64,000 nt of DNA, from assembly GCA_002292285.1 (NCBI GenBank), contig DBBP01000002.1, positions 133,214 through 197,213 on the forward strand, given 5' to 3'. The position numbers and the translations under genes were made by a program. The notes beneath the pieces were generated by a model, which was given only the letters and a program-made list of their open reading frames with translations, was not told the origin of the DNA and made no database searches. Of the stretch, positions 40,504 to 49,485 are shown in pieces (position 1 is the stretch's first letter; each line of letters starts with the position of its first letter). Origin of the DNA: Proteobacteria bacterium UBA981. GTDB lineage: Bacteria > Pseudomonadota > Gammaproteobacteria > Ga0077536.

Positions 40504-41220
40504 ATGTCGTCATTTCGCGAAGTACTTACTGCCAGTGACGCCGAGTTGGTCAAGATCTTTTATAAGATCGCGCCCAGCGACGAAAGCGATTTCATCAAGA
40601 AAATAAACAGTACCGCAGCCCAGATAGGGCTCAATCACAGCCAGTTGGTGTGTGCGCTAGGGTTCAATACGAATATTCGCGATCTCACCGATATCCTGTC
40701 CGTGGTGGGTTTCTCGTCTTACAAACTGCTCACCTATCGGCGTAACGAACTGTTCGCAAACGACATCTATCGCCATCTCGACATCGACAATATTGTCGAT
40801 GTCTATGCTGAGCATATTGAAGATGAAGATATTCTTGCGACCTTGCGTGAATTGTTGCCTGCGCGCCTTGGCAACATCGAAGCCTTACTGGCGGACTCCC
40901 CCGACCCCGCCGCGCTTATCAGTTACAAGATGGAAGTGCATTCCGTCTACAGCGGCGGTGTAGTGACTGCGGAGTTAATCAACCAGCGCCTCGAATCTCC
41001 GATCGGTGGTATCCGGGTGATGATTGAGGAAATCCAGATGATCGTCGAAAGCGATCTCCTCCCGCGCAGCAATATGTTTTTCTCCGAGCATCTCCTGCCT
41101 GCCGAGAAGCGCTTTTTGATCGAAAACGGTGATATCGATCAATCGATGATCGTGAATCGTCTGAACAATTCAGAAGTGTCCGAAGATGAACGGCAAATGC
41201 TCGAGGATTTCGTCGAGTAG
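40504..41220 (+). CDS. uncharacterised protein, paralogue B of a tandem pair
   Basis: 238 aa; see paralogue A. 67-bp spacer between the two genes. Confidence 0.55.
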   Translation: MSSFREVLTASDAELVKIFYKIAPSDESDFIKKINSTAAQIGLNHSQLVCALGFNTNIRDLTDILSVVGFSSYKLLTYRRNELFANDIYRHLDIDNIVDVYAEHIEDEDILATLRELLPARLGNIEALLADSPDPAALISYKMEVHSVYSGGVVTAELINQRLESPIGGIRVMIEEIQMIVESDLLPRSNMFFSEHLLPAEKRFLIENGDIDQSMIVNRLNNSEVSEDERQMLEDFVE

Positions 41221-41365
41221 GGCTGGGGTTCCCGGAGAACACTGCGAAAGTGCTTGCGCTGCCCACTATCCGCATTGCGCGGCTTAACCACCATGCATAA
41301 ATGCGCGTCCCCGAGCAGCCCACACATTGCCCGCAGGCAAGCCCACTCACTGTTGCGGCGATTGC

Positions 41366-43735
41366 CTAATTGCGCGCCGCAAGATCAAGCCAAGTTTGCA
41401 CCACCGTATCCGGATTGAGCGAAATGCTCTCGATGCCCTGATCAAGCAGCCATTCAGCAAGATCTTCATGATCTGATGGCCCTTGCCCGCAGATCCCAAC
41501 GTATTTGTCAGCCGCCCGACAGGCTGCAATCGCTTGCGCCATAAGCGCTTTAACCGCGTCGTTGCGCTCGTCGAAACGATCGGCAACGAGCCCCGAGTCG
41601 CGATCCAGGCCGAGCGTCAATTGAGTTAAATCGTTCGAGCCGATGGAAAAACCATCGAAATGTTCGAGAAATTGTTCTGCAAGTAGTGCGTTGGAGGGCA
41701 ACTCACACATCATGATGACGCGTAAATCATTCTCACCGCGAGCCAATCCGTTCGCGCCGAGCAATGTCATTACTTGTGCCGCCTCTTCCACCGTTCGCAC
41801 AAACGGGACCATCACTTGTACGTTACTGAGACCCATCTCATTGCGGACATAGCGCAAGGCCTCACATTCCATTTCAAAGCAGGGTTGAAACGATTCGGCG
41901 ACGTAACGCGACGCGCCTCGAAATCCGAGCATAGGGTTCTCTTCGTCCGGCTCGTAGCGCTGTCCACCGATGAGATTCGCATATTCATTCGATTTAAAGT
42001 CAGACAAGCGGACAATCACCGGCTCTGGGGCAAACGCCGCGCCAATCGTTGAGATACCTTCAATGAGGCGCTGGACAAAGAACTCCCGCGGACTCGGGTA
42101 GGCGGCGATAAGCGGCGCGATTGTGGCCTTCAGATCGACCGGTAAGTGGTCGTATTCGAGTAACGCACGTGGATGAATGCCAATCATCCGGTTGATAATG
42201 AACTCAAGGCGCGCGAGACCAACACCACGATGCGGTAATGCGGCGAACGCGAACGCGCGGTCAGGATTGCCGACATTCATCATGATTTTGAGGCCGATTT
42301 CGGGCATCGCATCGAGTTTTATTTCGCGTCGCTCAAAATCCAGATCGCCGGCATAGACATACCCGGTATCACCACCCGCGCAAGACACTGTGACGGCGTC
42401 GCCGGCCTGGATCGCGTCAGTGGCGTCGCCGCAACCCACGATAGCGGGAACGCCTAGTTCGCGCGCGATGATCGCGGCATGACAGGTGCGGCCACCGCGA
42501 TTGGTGACGATCGCCGAAGCGCGCTTCATGACCGGCTCCCAATCCGGGTCAGTCATGTCTGTTACGAGCACATCGCCTTCCCGTAGCGTGTCCATTTGTT
42601 CAATGCTACTGAGAACGCGCGCGGTGCCGGCACCAATTTTCTGACCAATACTACGACCTTCGGCGAGCACTGGGCCTTCGCCCTTCAATTCGTAGCGTTC
42701 GATGATTTGGCCGCTGTGGCTTTGCACGGTCTCGGGGCGAGCCTGCACGACATAGAGCTGGCCGTCGATACCATCTTTGGCCCACTCGATGTCCATCGGA
42801 CGGCCATAATGGGCTTCGATCGCCATCGCGAGGCGAGCGAGTTCTTCAACCTCGTCGTCCGTAATGCAAAAGCATTGACGTTTGGCCTCGGCAACTTCTG
42901 TGGTGATCACCGGTTCTGCGCCGTCGGCACCTTTATCGGCGTAGATCATCTGCAAGTGCTTACTGCCCGCAGTGCGTCTCAAAATGCCTTTTTTAGCAGC
43001 AGCAATTGCCGGCTTGTAGACGTAAAACTCGTCAGGATTTACTGCCCCCTGAACGACCATTTCACCCAGTCCGTAGCTGGCCGTCACAAATACAACATCG
43101 CGAAACCCCGACTCGGTATCGAGCGTGAACATCACGCCGCTGGCGCCGATGTCACTGCGTACCATGCGCTGGATTCCGGCCGACAGGGCGACCTGATGGT
43201 GGGAGAATCCCTGATGCACGCGGTAGGAAATCGCGCGGTCGTTAAACAACGAAGCAAACACATCCTTGATGCGGCGGCAAACGTCGGCAATGCCATTAAC
43301 GTTGAGGTAGGTCTCCTGTTGACCGGCAAATGAAGCGGTCGGTAAATCTTCGGCAGTGGCCGATGAGCGCACTGCAACGGAAAATTCTTCGCCAATGTCG
43401 CTCTGCATCGCGCTGTAGGCAGTCTCGACGCTTTGCTGGAGGGCTGGAGGAAATGGGGCGTCGATAATCCATTGTCGGATTTCCTTGCCGGTGCGCACCA
43501 GTTCTCCAACGTCTTCGACATCCAGACCGTCAAGCGTGTCATTGATGCGCTGGTCGAGGCCAGCAGCGTTGAGAAAATCGCGGAATGCCTGTGCGGTGGT
43601 GGCGAAACCGCCTGGTACACGTACGCCAGCGGCGTCGAGGTGGCGGATCATTTCGCCAAGCGACGCATTCTTACCACCGACGCTGTCGACGTCATCGATA
43701 CCCACGTCTTTCAGAGAGACGATATAATCGTTCAT
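41366..43735 (-). CDS. ppsA: phosphoenolpyruvate synthase (pyruvate, water dikinase)
   Basis: 789 aa; [29 protein letters not shown] start, phosphohistidine-domain [24 protein letters not shown]-utilising C-terminal domain. Confidence 0.95.
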   Translation of the reverse strand: MNDYIVSLKDVGIDDVDSVGGKNASLGEMIRHLDAAGVRVPGGFATTAQAFRDFLNAAGLDQRINDTLDGLDVEDVGELVRTGKEIRQWIIDAPFPPALQQSVETAYSAMQSDIGEEFSVAVRSSATAEDLPTASFAGQQETYLNVNGIADVCRRIKDVFASLFNDRAISYRVHQGFSHHQVALSAGIQRMVRSDIGASGVMFTLDTESGFRDVVFVTASYGLGEMVVQGAVNPDEFYVYKPAIAAAKKGILRRTAGSKHLQMIYADKGADGAEPVITTEVAEAKRQCFCITDDEVEELARLAMAIEAHYGRPMDIEWAKDGIDGQLYVVQARPETVQSHSGQIIERYELKGEGPVLAEGRSIGQKIGAGTARVLSSIEQMDTLREGDVLVTDMTDPDWEPVMKRASAIVTNRGGRTCHAAIIARELGVPAIVGCGDATDAIQAGDAVTVSCAGGDTGYVYAGDLDFERREIKLDAMPEIGLKIMMNVGNPDRAFAFAALPHRGVGLARLEFIINRMIGIHPRALLEYDHLPVDLKATIAPLIAAYPSPREFFVQRLIEGISTIGAAFAPEPVIVRLSDFKSNEYANLIGGQRYEPDEENPMLGFRGASRYVAESFQPCFEMECEALRYVRNEMGLSNVQVMVPFVRTVEEAAQVMTLLGANGLARGENDLRVIMMCELPSNALLAEQFLEHFDGFSIGSNDLTQLTLGLDRDSGLVADRFDERNDAVKALMAQAIAACRAADKYVGICGQGPSDHEDLAEWLLDQGIESISLNPDTVVQTWLDLAARN

Positions 43736-43845
43736 TGCAATTTTTTTAGTCCCTGGAAACCATGCTGAGGGTCGCCAGTAGACCGGCCGGTCCTGGCAAC
43801 TTCAGGCCCGGGATTGTACCCGAGACCAGCGATACCCCATAAATT

Positions 43846-44652
43846 ATGAAACGTCGTGTTTTTTTTATCTCCGATCGCACCGGAATCACTGCGGAAATGC
43901 TGGGAGCCAGCCTGCTCACGCAGTTCCCTGATATCGAATTCCAGCGCACGAATATCCCGTTCGTGACCAATACGTTGGCAGCGCAGAGCGCCGTCGCCAC
44001 AATCACCAAGGCAGCCAACGAGAGTGACGCGCCGCCACTGGTGTTCAGTACTCTTACCGACCCGGACGTGCAGCACATTATTGCGACCAGCAGCCCCTAC
44101 GTCTTCGACCTGTTCGGCACCTTCATTGAGCCACTTGAAGCGGCGCTTGACCGCGAATCTTCGCATACGGCCGGGCGCATGCACGGTATCGGCGACGCCA
44201 ATGTCTACGAACGCCGTGTACACGCACTCAATTTTACCCTTGGACACGACGATGGACTCAGTCCCCGTAGTCTTAATGAAGCCGATATTGTCCTGCTGGG
44301 CGTGTCGCGCTGCGGGAAAACGCCGACGTGCCTGTACCTGGCGATGCATTATTCGCTCAAGGCCGCCAATTACCCCCTTACCGACGACGATTTTGACGAC
44401 CAGCGCCTGCCCAAAATTCTCATGCCTGCGCGCGACAAATTATATGGCCTGACAATCGTTCCCGAGCAATTAAGCCGTATTCGCCGTGAGCGCCGCCCGC
44501 AGGGAAAGTACGCGACACTACCTCAGTGCCGGGCTGAAGTATCGCAGGCGGAAGCGATGTTTCGTGCCGACAACATTCAATTTATCGACACAACCACTGT
44601 CTCGATCGAAGAGATCGCCGCCACTATCGTGCGCGATATGCAGCTCCACTAG
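43846..44652 (+). CDS. ppsR: PEP synthase regulatory protein (bifunctional kinase/pyrophosphorylase, DUF299)
   Basis: 268 aa; FFISDRTGITAE, GVSRCGKTPT P-loop; divergent from ppsA as in E. coli. Confidence 0.9.
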   Translation: MKRRVFFISDRTGITAEMLGASLLTQFPDIEFQRTNIPFVTNTLAAQSAVATITKAANESDAPPLVFSTLTDPDVQHIIATSSPYVFDLFGTFIEPLEAALDRESSHTAGRMHGIGDANVYERRVHALNFTLGHDDGLSPRSLNEADIVLLGVSRCGKTPTCLYLAMHYSLKAANYPLTDDDFDDQRLPKILMPARDKLYGLTIVPEQLSRIRRERRPQGKYATLPQCRAEVSQAEAMFRADNIQFIDTTTVSIEEIAATIVRDMQLH

Positions 44653-44972
44653 CCGTCGGCGTGCGGCCCGTCGTTCACGCTGTAGGCGAACCGGTTCCAG
44701 CGAACTAAGGAGGGAACTCCGTGCCACCAGCCCACTCGAGCATCACATCGCGGTGAATCGCTGAGGGCGGGGAAACGCATATCTGAACTCGATATATGCA
44801 GCGAATACCGCGACAATGCCGGGCGTAAGGTCAGTGCGACCGCCGCGTAGCGGATCGCTGATCTGGTGCTCAGTCTAGAATCATCCACAAGCCTCGACCC
44901 GCTAGTGCGGGCTGTGACGTCCGCTCTCGATATCGGACTGGCTTCCTGAAACTCTGTTGTTGGCGGTGACCT

Positions 44973-45551
44973 ATGCGAATTGTGACCCTGATTTTTGCCC
45001 TTGCGCTGTTTTGCTCAACGGCTCAGGCCGAGTCGACGACTTTTCAACAGCATGAAGTCGATATTTACTCGGCGTTGATCAACCACGGTCTGGGTACCCG
45101 GGTACCGATTGTGGTGCTCTCCGAGCAGACCACCGGTGTCCCCGCCGCTATCGCGGAACACGAAGACACTGCGGCCCTGGTCAACGAACTCGGCGCACCC
45201 GCCACCGCACTGCGAAGCTGGCAACGTCGCAATGACTCCCGCCACGCGATTGAAAGCCCGCTCAAACTCGACGTGTCCTATCAAATGCTGGATGCCGAAA
45301 TGCGCGCCGAACTATTCGATGGTGTGGAACCGGCTGCCGGTTGGGGTCGATTCTTTGCCCACTTCGAGGGCGCACCGGGCCTGCTACGAGTGTCGCGCGC
45401 TGGCTTTGACGACGTTCTCAAACACGCGCTGGTCTATGCGGAGTTCCAATGCGGGATCAATTGCGGCTCTGGGCGTCTAATCCACCTGATCAACGACACC
45501 GGTAAGACGTGGCAAGTGAGCAATGCCGCTGTCGTGTGGATGGTCGAGTAA
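44973..45551 (+). CDS. secreted hypothetical protein
   Basis: 192 aa; signal peptide MRIVTLIFALALFCSTAQA; no recognisable domain; first gene of a tightly spaced plus-strand cluster. Confidence 0.5.
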   Translation: MRIVTLIFALALFCSTAQAESTTFQQHEVDIYSALINHGLGTRVPIVVLSEQTTGVPAAIAEHEDTAALVNELGAPATALRSWQRRNDSRHAIESPLKLDVSYQMLDAEMRAELFDGVEPAAGWGRFFAHFEGAPGLLRVSRAGFDDVLKHALVYAEFQCGINCGSGRLIHLINDTGKTWQVSNAAVVWMVE

Positions 45552-45670
45552 CGGTCATCTGTGCCGATGGCAACAGCGGTCTCGGGTCATGCGCAGGTTT
45601 TATTTTCGATCGGACGCAATTCCAGCGCCGCTCTAACCAGCGACGCCTAATCACAAGGTAGCATTCGATC

Positions 45671-46222
45671 ATGGCCTATTCGGTCTGCGTGTTCTGCGGC
45701 TCACGCAACGGCAACGACGAAGTTTATCGCGACGCTTGCGATAATTTCGGTCGCGAGCTCGCCATGCGGGAGATGTCGCTGGTGTACGGCGGCGGCAAAG
45801 TGGGTTTAATGGGCGCAGTCGCCGACGGCGCGCTCGATTTAGGTGGCCACGTAGTAGGCGTCATCCCGGATTTCCTCAGTCGTGACGAAGTGATCCATCC
45901 CGGGCTGCATGAGAATCTGGTTGTCGATGACTTGTTCGAGCGTAAGGCCATGATGATTGAACGCGCAGACGCCTTCGTCGCACTGCCGGGCGGGATCGGC
46001 ACTTACGACGAGGTCCTCGAAGTAATCGCCTGGCGACAACTGCGTCAGTTACGCCAACCGATTGGATTTCTGAATGTGATGGGTTATTTCGATCCATTTA
46101 TCCAGCTGCTGGACCACACCGCGAGTCAGGGTTTCCTAGCACAGCAGGAATACGCTCATCTGATTGTTGAAGCAAATGCCGCGACATTGCTCGACGCGCT
46201 TGTCGACGCCCCCGCCCCATGA
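45671..46222 (+). CDS. LOG family protein (TIGR00730 Rossmann-fold nucleotide-binding / cytokinin riboside 5'-monophosphate phosphoribohydrolase-like)
   Basis: 183 aa; VFCGSRNG, LVYGGGKVGLMG, PGGIGTYDE motifs. Confidence 0.8.
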   Translation: MAYSVCVFCGSRNGNDEVYRDACDNFGRELAMREMSLVYGGGKVGLMGAVADGALDLGGHVVGVIPDFLSRDEVIHPGLHENLVVDDLFERKAMMIERADAFVALPGGIGTYDEVLEVIAWRQLRQLRQPIGFLNVMGYFDPFIQLLDHTASQGFLAQQEYAHLIVEANAATLLDALVDAPAP

Positions 46223-46899
46223 GTAAAACCCACAGCCATTTCCGAGCCGTCGTGTTCGATATGGACGGCATCCTGATCGACTCCGAACCGCTGTTTCGTA
46301 GTGTCGCGAAACAGACCGCGGCGGATTTGGGCTATACCTTGAGCGACGCCGTCTATGTGCAGTGGATGGGGCTGCCACCCAAGGCCGTCGAAGCGGCTGT
46401 CGTTCAGAGCATGGGACCTGAATTCCCGATTGAAACATTTCGCGAACGCTTCTCTGAGCACTGGACGACCCATACCGACTTGCATGGCGTCCCGGCGCAG
46501 CCGGGCATCCCCGAGCTACTGGCTGAATTGCAGGCCCGTGATATCCCCTTCGCAGTCGCGACATCGACGCGGCGCAATCACGCAGAGCGCTCGCTCGAAA
46601 TGGCCGGATTAGCAAGCTTCATCGATGTGCTGGTCGGCGGCGATGAAGTTGAGCAAGGGAAACCGGAACCTGAAATCTTTCAGTCTGCGGCTAAAAAGAT
46701 CGCGGTGCCTGCGGCATCATGTGTGGCGCTGGAAGATTCAAGCGTCGGCGTACGCGCTGCCTCAAGCGCCCGCATGCTGACCATTATGGTGCCTGACCTA
46801 CACTTGCCGAGCGCCGAAATTGCCGCGCTCGCTCGCTTCGTCGTACCGTCCACAAGTCGTGCCGCCGAAGTCGTCCTTACGCTGTTCGATTCCCGGTGA
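46219..46899 (+). CDS. HAD-IA family phosphatase
   Basis: 226 aa; motif I VVFDMDGILIDSEP, motif III K, motif IV ED; 4-bp overlap with LOG gene. Confidence 0.75.
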   Translation: MSKTHSHFRAVVFDMDGILIDSEPLFRSVAKQTAADLGYTLSDAVYVQWMGLPPKAVEAAVVQSMGPEFPIETFRERFSEHWTTHTDLHGVPAQPGIPELLAELQARDIPFAVATSTRRNHAERSLEMAGLASFIDVLVGGDEVEQGKPEPEIFQSAAKKIAVPAASCVALEDSSVGVRAASSARMLTIMVPDLHLPSAEIAALARFVVPSTSRAAEVVLTLFDSR

Positions 46900-47396
46900 A
46901 TAACGCCATGATGAAAACCGTCGCGGCAACAGTGCTGCTTACCCTACTCTCAGTAGCCGCCGCCGAAACCTTACAAGCGCCGGCTCTACCGAGCGCAGCG
47001 GAGGCACTCGCCGCCTACAAGGAATTCAACGCCGCGCCGGTCGCAGGTCTCAGAGCGGCGCAGACGTTCGTAGATTTCATCCGCGGCACCGGCGAAATCC
47101 ATATTGTGCTGAACGAAAACTTGCTGAGCTGGATGTATAAGGACTTCGACCCGCAATCGAAAGCAGTCCTGTACGCTGCCTTTCTGGGTGGCAATATGCG
47201 CGCGCAATTAGAAGATGGTGAAAGCAGTAACGGGGATGTCGCCGGTATGCTGAGCGCTGTCGCGGCCTATCGCGCTTTGCAGGCACAGAACGCGAATTTT
47301 TCACTACCGTTTTTCGAGCGCTTACTCAGCGCCGAGACGAATGGTGATCTGACGTTAAAACTCAATCAGCTCATGGCCGGAGCGGACAACGACTGA
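46896..47396 (+). CDS. secreted hypothetical protein
   Basis: 166 aa; signal peptide MMKTVAATVLLTLLSVAAA; 4-bp overlap with the upstream HAD gene. Confidence 0.5.
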   Translation: MNNAMMKTVAATVLLTLLSVAAAETLQAPALPSAAEALAAYKEFNAAPVAGLRAAQTFVDFIRGTGEIHIVLNENLLSWMYKDFDPQSKAVLYAAFLGGNMRAQLEDGESSNGDVAGMLSAVAAYRALQAQNANFSLPFFERLLSAETNGDLTLKLNQLMAGADND

Positions 47397-47399
47397 CCG

Positions 47400-47909
47400 A
47401 TGAGTGGCACTCGCTTGGTTACCAGCGTCGTTGATATCACCAGATTGAAATACGACGCGATTGTCAACGCGGCCAACGAGTCTTTGCTTGGCGGCGGTGG
47501 CGTGGACGGCGCGATCCATCGAGCTGCCGGACCGGAGCTGCTCGAATTCTGCCGTCACCTTGGCGGCTGCCCGACGGGCGCAGCCCGGATCACGCCCGCG
47601 TTCCAGCTACCAAGCCAACACATCATTCATACTGTCGGTCCGGTATGGCAGGGCGGCGTAGCGCACGAGGCGGACCTTCTGACGAGTTGCTATAACGTTT
47701 CTCTCACTTTGGCGCGAGAAAACGAGATTAAATCGATTGCCTTCCCAGCGATCAGTTGCGGGGTCTACGGCTACCCGCATGCTGAAGCTGCTGTCGTCGC
47801 CGTCGAGACTGTCCGAGCCAGTGTTGCCCGCTCCGATGAGATAGAATTGGTTCACTTCGCGTGCTTCAGCGAACCCATGCTTGAGCTGTACGCAGCACTG
47901 CTCGAATAA
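47400..47909 (+). CDS. macro-domain protein (YmdB-like O-acetyl-ADP-ribose deacetylase)
   Basis: 169 aa; [23 protein letters not shown] and HTVGPVW are the macro-domain ADP-ribose-binding signatures. Confidence 0.8.
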   Translation: MSGTRLVTSVVDITRLKYDAIVNAANESLLGGGGVDGAIHRAAGPELLEFCRHLGGCPTGAARITPAFQLPSQHIIHTVGPVWQGGVAHEADLLTSCYNVSLTLARENEIKSIAFPAISCGVYGYPHAEAAVVAVETVRASVARSDEIELVHFACFSEPMLELYAALLE

Positions 47910-47918
47910 ACCGGCGTC

Positions 47919-48803
47919 ATGGCGAGAAAACAACGCTTCCACCGCAAAACACTGGCCATCGTTTACGACTTCGACGGCACGTTAACGCCGCAGCCCATGC
48001 AGGAATACACGGTGCTGCCTGAACTCGGCATCTCTGCCGCGGAATTCTGGTCTGAGGTCAACGACGAAGTACGCCGCACCGGTGGCGATTCGATCCTGAC
48101 CTACATGCGTTTGCTGGTCGAAAAAATTGAAGCTAACAAAGCGCACCTGAGCCGCGAAGCGCTGCGCCAATTGGCCTCTGACATCCAGTACTACCCTGGC
48201 GTCGAGGGGTGGTTTGATCACGTCAACGACTATGTGGCAAAAATCAGTGGCGATACGGTACAGACGAAGCACTACATTATTTCTGCCGGACTAAGCGAAA
48301 TTCTCGAAGGCATCAGTATCAAGCATCACTTCAGCCGAATTTACGCCTCGCAATATTATTTCGACCATCATGAAGCTGCACGTTTCCCCACCATCGTGAT
48401 CAACGACACCGCAAAAACGCAGTACCTTTTTCGAATCAACAAAGGACGTGAACAAGCGCTGGAGACGATTAATGAGTACATGCCTGAAACTGAGCGCCCG
48501 GTTCCGTTTCAACACATGCTCTATATCGGCGACGGCCTCACCGACGTGCCGTGTATGACAGTCGTTAAAAACTATGGTGGCTTCGCGTTGGCCGTGCATA
48601 AACCGCGTAGCGCGCCGGCGGTCGCGGTGTGCAAGGAGCTCGCCGATGCGAATCGCATCGATTTTTACGCACCAGCGGACTATCGCCCGGGTCGTACACT
48701 CGAGCGTCGGGTGCAGAAGATTCTCGACTTGATCGTTGCGCGCATCAGTTTCGAAACTGAGCGCAATGAATTTCTCCACGACATTGATAAAGGCCAGGCG
48801 TGA
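47919..48803 (+). CDS. HAD-superfamily hydrolase (subfamily IB-like)
   Basis: 294 aa; motif I VYDFDGTLT, motif IV YIGDGLTDVP, with a large cap insert. Confidence 0.6.
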   Translation: MARKQRFHRKTLAIVYDFDGTLTPQPMQEYTVLPELGISAAEFWSEVNDEVRRTGGDSILTYMRLLVEKIEANKAHLSREALRQLASDIQYYPGVEGWFDHVNDYVAKISGDTVQTKHYIISAGLSEILEGISIKHHFSRIYASQYYFDHHEAARFPTIVINDTAKTQYLFRINKGREQALETINEYMPETERPVPFQHMLYIGDGLTDVPCMTVVKNYGGFALAVHKPRSAPAVAVCKELADANRIDFYAPADYRPGRTLERRVQKILDLIVARISFETERNEFLHDIDKGQA

Positions 48804-49402
48804 CCTCAATAGTACGGCGCGAATTTCCTCGGGACGCGATTGCGCCCTGTCGTTTAGCGGACACCAAACCCGGACGACGTCAGCTGCTGGTACTCGCGCT
48901 GCTCTTTGGACTGCTTAGTAGCGGCGGCTGCAGCAAAGTCGCTATGCCGTCAATGCCAAACGTATCGATGCCGAAAGTCTCAATGCCCAAGCTCCCAAGC
49001 CTTGGCGGCGATGACGTAGCGGATTCGACGGCGACACCGCGCGATTTACTGACCGCACGCCTGGTCAATCCCCGCGCTAGTGAAAACACACCGAATATGA
49101 CTGTTGGAAAGATGATCGAATTCGCCGACCGTTACCTGGCCTGCGATTGTTCCAGTACCCGTTTCGTACGTGCATGGGAACGCACCGATCGGGGCTATAA
49201 GCTACTCACGAATTCAGATGTTCTGCGCCCGATCGAATTCATTTGCCAGACTGCCGACAGCGGTCGCGAATGTTTTCTGACCGAAATCGACCGCGGCGCG
49301 AACGAGCCGGCGCTGGCTGAGCGTTTTGTACCCGGTTCACAATTCATACAGTTTCTTTACGACAACGGCGTGCGCTGCGATCGTGAAGAACCGTGCCCCT
49401 AA
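48800..49402 (+). CDS. lipoprotein with short tandem MP(S/K)x peptide repeats
   Basis: 200 aa; lipobox LLSSGGC; repeat AMPSMPNVSMPKVSMPKLPS encoded by a near-perfect 12-nt DNA repeat at about 48944-48995; 4-bp overlap with the upstream gene. Confidence 0.5.
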   Translation: MTSIVRREFPRDAIAPCRLADTKPGRRQLLVLALLFGLLSSGGCSKVAMPSMPNVSMPKVSMPKLPSLGGDDVADSTATPRDLLTARLVNPRASENTPNMTVGKMIEFADRYLACDCSSTRFVRAWERTDRGYKLLTNSDVLRPIEFICQTADSGRECFLTEIDRGANEPALAERFVPGSQFIQFLYDNGVRCDREEPCP

Positions 49403-49485
49403 TCGAAATAGACGCTAAGCTATCGATACACTGAAATATCGGGTGCCGAACGACCGAGCAGACCGAGGCAAAGACGGGTAAATCC

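Noticed and set aside
47907-47921. Macro-domain ORF and the following HAD ORF are in the same frame, separated by TAA plus 3 codons
   Set aside because: TAA stop, with an ATG at 47919. This is ordinary close gene spacing, not read-through.
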